Source of the DNA: Pseudonocardiaceae bacterium
GTDB lineage: Bacteria; Actinomycetota; Actinomycetes; Mycobacteriales; Pseudonocardiaceae
Length of the DNA stretch: 64,000 nt
Direction of reading: 5' to 3'
Assembly (NCBI GenBank): GCA_050700495.1
Contig: JBOHHF010000044.1
Span: forward strand, 948-64,947
A model generated the notes under the pieces. The model was not told the DNA's origin and did no database searches. It worked only from the letters and a program-made list of their open reading frames with translations. The first letter of the stretch is position 1. Each line of letters begins with the position of its first letter. Below are positions 60,738 to 64,000 of the stretch, piece after piece. A program made the translations under genes and the position numbers.

Positions 60738-62579
60738 TCAGAGCAGCCGGAGCTGGGGGCGGTAGATGTCCAGCCAGGTGCTCAGATCGAGTGTTCGCTC
60801 GAGACCGTTGCGGACCTCGGTGCGCATCGTGGCCGGGTCTCGCTGCGCAACGTCACCTAGCCAGCTGCGGTCGATGAGCTCGAACACCGGATCGTCGGTC
60901 GTGAGTAGTTCCTTGGCATGCTGCTGCAGGGCGTTGGCGTAGAGCGGATCTCGAGTGGACGGGTAGGGACTTTTCACCCGACGCAGCACCGACTGGGGCA
61001 GCATGTCGGCGGTCGCGGCGCGGAGCAGGCTTTTCTCCCGGCCGTCGAAGGTCTTGAGTGACCACGGGGTGTTGTAGACGTACTCCACGAGTCGGTGGTC
61101 GCAGAAGGGGACCCGGACCTCTAGCCCGACGGCCATGCTTATCCGGTCTTTGCGGTCCAGGAGCATTCGGACGAACCGGGTCAGGTGCAGGTAGCAGATC
61201 ACCCGCATCCGCCGCTCGTGGTCGGTCTCGCCGTCGGCCGGCTCGACCTCGGCAACCGCGCTGGCGTAGCGGTCGCGAATATAGCCGGGTAGGTCGAGGG
61301 TGGCGGTGAGGTCGGCGTTGAGCCGGTCGGACACTTGGGCTTGCTGGCCGGTGAGAAAGACGGCCATCCAGGGAAAGGTATCCGCGGCCTGTACCTCGGG
61401 CCGGTGGAACCAGCTGTACCCGCCGAAGATCTCGTCGGCGGACTCCCCGGACAGTGCAACCGTGGAGTGCTCACGGATGGCTTTGAACAGTAAGTACAGT
61501 GAGGCATCCATGTCACCGAGGCTGAGCGGACTGTCCCGCGCGGTGATCACCGCGCGGCGCACCGCCGGATCGGCCATCGCGGAATGGTCGAGCACGATGT
61601 CCTGATGCCGCGAGCCGACGTGCGTGGCCACTTCATGCGCATAGGGGATGTCCGGCGTGGGACGCAGGTCATCGGCGATGAAATTGTCCATCTGTCCGAC
61701 GAAATCCACTGCGAAGCTGCGCACCTGCTCGCCGTGCTCGGCGAGTTGGGCGGCGGCCAGTGCGGTGATCACACTGGAGTCCAGCCCACCGGAAAGCAGC
61801 ACGCAGCGCGGCACGTCGGCGACCAGTTGACGGCGCACGATGTCCTCGAGCAACGAGCGCACGGTGGCGATGCTGGTCTGCTGGTCATCGGTGTGGGTAC
61901 GGGTCTGCAGGGTCCAATAGCGGCGTTCACGCAGGCCGGTGCGGTCGACGGTGACCACGCCACCCGGTGCCACCTCGCGCATCCCACACCACACCGCGCC
62001 CCCAGGCGTCTGAGTGAAGCTGAGCAGCTCACGCAGACCGTCGAGGTCGACCGCGCGGTCCGCCAGCGGGTTGGCCAGGATCGCCTTCGGCTCGGAGCCG
62101 AACAGCACCCCGTCAGTGGTACGGGAGAAATAGAGCGGTTTGATGCCCATCCGGTCACGGATCATGACGAGTTTGTCGGCCCTGGCATCCCAGACGGCGA
62201 AGGCGTACATGCCGTTGAGTCGTTCGGCGACTGCTTCGTCCCACTCCAGGTAGCCATGCAGCACCACCTCGGTATCGCTGCGGGTCCGGAACCGGTGGCC
62301 CCGGCGGACCAGCTCACTGCGGAGCTCGACGAAGTTATAGGCCTCACCGCTGTAGGTGATCGTCACCATGCCGTCGCCGGTGCGTACCGACATGGGCTGG
62401 CTGCCACCTTCGATATCAATGACCGCCAGTCTGCGGTGGCCCAGCACCGCATGCCGATCAAGCCAGCTGCCTTCGGCGTCCGGTCCCCGGCAGGCCATGG
62501 TCGCTGTCATCGCGTCGAGGTCCGCCTGGTGCCGAGTCAGATCCCGATCGAACGAGACCCAGCCAGCGATTCCACACAT
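60738..62579 (-). CDS. glutamine-hydrolysing asparagine synthase (PhzH-like amidotransferase)
   Basis: MCGIAGW Ntn nucleophile, LSGGLDSS PP-loop. 613 aa. Confidence 0.85.
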   Translation of the reverse strand: MCGIAGWVSFDRDLTRHQADLDAMTATMACRGPDAEGSWLDRHAVLGHRRLAVIDIEGGSQPMSVRTGDGMVTITYSGEAYNFVELRSELVRRGHRFRTRSDTEVVLHGYLEWDEAVAERLNGMYAFAVWDARADKLVMIRDRMGIKPLYFSRTTDGVLFGSEPKAILANPLADRAVDLDGLRELLSFTQTPGGAVWCGMREVAPGGVVTVDRTGLRERRYWTLQTRTHTDDQQTSIATVRSLLEDIVRRQLVADVPRCVLLSGGLDSSVITALAAAQLAEHGEQVRSFAVDFVGQMDNFIADDLRPTPDIPYAHEVATHVGSRHQDIVLDHSAMADPAVRRAVITARDSPLSLGDMDASLYLLFKAIREHSTVALSGESADEIFGGYSWFHRPEVQAADTFPWMAVFLTGQQAQVSDRLNADLTATLDLPGYIRDRYASAVAEVEPADGETDHERRMRVICYLHLTRFVRMLLDRKDRISMAVGLEVRVPFCDHRLVEYVYNTPWSLKTFDGREKSLLRAATADMLPQSVLRRVKSPYPSTRDPLYANALQQHAKELLTTDDPVFELIDRSWLGDVAQRDPATMRTEVRNGLERTLDLSTWLDIYRPQLRLL

Positions 62580-62623
62580 CGATTTATCCCCTTACGTCTC
62601 ATGTGCACTATCCGGGGCACGGG

Positions 62624-63241
62624 TCAGGGTTGGAGTCGCTGGGTGGTCCAGCTGGGGCCGGTGCGTTGGTAGCGCAGCCTGTGGTGCAGCCGGTCGGGGC
62701 TGGCCTGCCAGAACTCGATTGACTCGGGTGTCAGCAGGTAGCCCAGCCAGGCGGCGGGGCGCGCCAGCGCCAAGCCGGTGCGACCCAGCTGCTGGGCCTG
62801 CTGGCGCAGCGCGTCTTCGTTGTGCAGCGGTGCGCTTTGGTGTGAGGCCACCGACATCGGGTGTGTGCTGGTTGGTCGGGCGGCCCATAGCGTGTTGGAT
62901 TCCGTGTCGGGTAGTGGGTGGGTTGGGCCGGTCGCGATCACCTGTCGGCCGGTCTCGCGCCAGTACAGCACGCCTGAGGCCCAGCCCGTCGCGGCCAGGT
63001 CGCGGCCCTTGTGGCTGCTGGCGTGGCTGGTGAAGACCAGGCCTGTGGGGCGGACTGCGAGCATCTGGACGATCCGGTTGGAGGCGTGGCCGTGGGTATT
63101 GGCGGTGGCCAGCGCCAGCGCGCCCGGCTCGCGGACACCCTGTGCGACCGCGCTGGCGAACCAGGCGTGGAGCAGGCTCATCGGGTCGGTGGGCGGGGCG
63201 GAGAACTCGGGGGCCGCTGGGGGTGGGGTCGGTGCGTTCAC
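62624..63241 (-). CDS. phzG: pyridoxamine-5'-phosphate-oxidase-family FMN enzyme (PhzG-like)
   Basis: LATANTHGHASNRIV, GVLYWRETGRQV and IEFWQASPDRLHHRLRY motifs. GTG 63241 overlaps the upstream stop (GTGA). Confidence 0.8.
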   Translation of the reverse strand: MNAPTPPPAAPEFSAPPTDPMSLLHAWFASAVAQGVREPGALALATANTHGHASNRIVQMLAVRPTGLVFTSHASSHKGRDLAATGWASGVLYWRETGRQVIATGPTHPLPDTESNTLWAARPTSTHPMSVASHQSAPLHNEDALRQQAQQLGRTGLALARPAAWLGYLLTPESIEFWQASPDRLHHRLRYQRTGPSWTTQRLQP

Positions 63242-63585
63242 GATGACTCCCCGACCGGCTCGAAGGCCAGGCCGAGATCGATCAAGTGATCGGAGTGGAT
63301 ACCTTCGACGATGGCCTCGACGTCGGTCGTCATCCGGTGGGTGGGTGGGTATCCGATGAGCTCGGTGGCGTGGTTGGGTGGCATCGGTGCCGTCAGGTCG
63401 GCGGTGGACTCCCATAGCATCACCGCGCCCCAGCGGTTGGTCGATCGGTCGGAGATCCAGAACTTCAGCCGCAGCCCGTGGATCCCCACCCACGGACGCA
63501 CGCCCTCCTCCTGTAGGTAGACGCGCAGGGAGTTGATGGTCTGGTTGGATCTGTCGAGGTCCCACCAGGAGATGGTGGCTTTCAT
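63238..63585 (-). CDS. small hypothetical protein (ABM/YdhR-like fold suspected)
   Basis: 115 aa, translationally coupled on both sides (ATGA with phzE, GTGA with phzG). GLRLKFWISDRSTNRWGAVMLWES resembles YdhR-type monooxygenase-like proteins. Confidence 0.4.
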   Translation of the reverse strand: MKATISWWDLDRSNQTINSLRVYLQEEGVRPWVGIHGLRLKFWISDRSTNRWGAVMLWESTADLTAPMPPNHATELIGYPPTHRMTTDVEAIVEGIHSDHLIDLGLAFEPVGESS

Positions 63586-64000
63586 GCGCTCAGTACCTCC
63601 TTGGTAGCGACCAGTGGTGTCAGTAGCGCGGTGAGGATGCGCATCCCGTCTTGGGTGAGTACTGATTCGAGGTGGAATTGCACCGAACTGAAGTGCGGCC
63701 CGTGCAGGGCGTGTACCTCGCCCGTGCTGGTGTCTCGGCTGATCTGGACCGTGCCGATGCCGGGGCAGCTGAGCTGGTCGGTGAGGCTGCGGGCCACGTA
63801 GGAGTTGTAGAAGCCGACCTGTTCCGGTGAGCCGAACAGGTCGATTTGGCGTTGGATGCCCTGGTGGGGGGCGTCGCGGCGGACGAGGTCGAGCCCGAGG
63901 CGTCGGCTGAGCAGTTGGTGGTTGAGGCAGACGGCCAGAAATGGGGTGCGCTGGGCCAGCAACTGCTCGATCGTCGAGGTGAGGTGGGTCATCTTCGGGT
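63582..64000 (-). CDS. phzE: C-terminal glutamine amidotransferase domain of a PhzE-type 2-amino-2-desoxyisochorismate synthase (N-terminus beyond the window)
   Basis: FLAVCLNHQLL (nucleophile Cys) and SVQFHLESV (His/Glu) are GATase-1 motifs. The ORF is open to the window end. The context is phzG and phzA/B. Confidence 0.7.
   Translation of the reverse strand, partial: PKMTHLTSTIEQLLAQRTPFLAVCLNHQLLSRRLGLDLVRRDAPHQGIQRQIDLFGSPEQVGFYNSYVARSLTDQLSCPGIGTVQISRDTSTGEVHALHGPHFSSVQFHLESVLTQDGMRILTALLTPLVATKEVLSA

Overview
High-GC actinobacterial chromosome segment. Conserved housekeeping blocks are interrupted by accessory DNA.

Core, all with intact reading frames:
- rapZ(partial)-yvcK-whiA, gap-pgk-tpiA-secG, rbpA and a TrpB-like PLP enzyme.
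- A minus-strand pentose-phosphate operon, tkt-tal-pgi-zwf-opcA-pgl.
- ctaB, qor, ctaA, an ABC-2 exporter pair and an MptB-like GT-C mannosyltransferase.
- sufR-sufB-sufD-Rieske-sufC-sufS-sufU-sufT, a UbiA prenyltransferase and a DUF1015 protein.

Accessory:
- Between ctaB and qor lies a ~18 kb island (about 17.3-35.1 kb).
  - It holds a divergent pair of atypical radical SAM genes, one fused to a metallophosphoesterase.
  - The other radical SAM gene is co-transcribed with a Prx-like gene and a flavoprotein disulfide reductase.
  - The Prx-like CxxC motif carries an in-frame TGA at the first Cys position. This is either a candidate UxxC selenoprotein or a nonsense mutation.
  - The island also carries an MNT/HepT toxin-antitoxin pair, with TGA at a conserved Trp of HepT.
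  - It further carries glycosyltransferases, a GNAT, and a frameshift-riddled STAND NTPase / membrane pentapeptide-repeat / ABM operon.
- 52.5-58.3 kb is a graveyard: a decayed peptide/nickel-type ABC importer operon, two IS remnants and a frameshifted ferritin-like gene with its partner.
- 58.9-64.0 kb is the edge of a phenazine-type biosynthetic cluster: an O-methyltransferase, phzA/B, a PhzH-like asparagine synthase, phzG, a small ABM-like gene and partial phzE.

I saw no rRNA, tRNA or CRISPR array. All calls rest on reading the translations and the DNA by eye. No database search was run.
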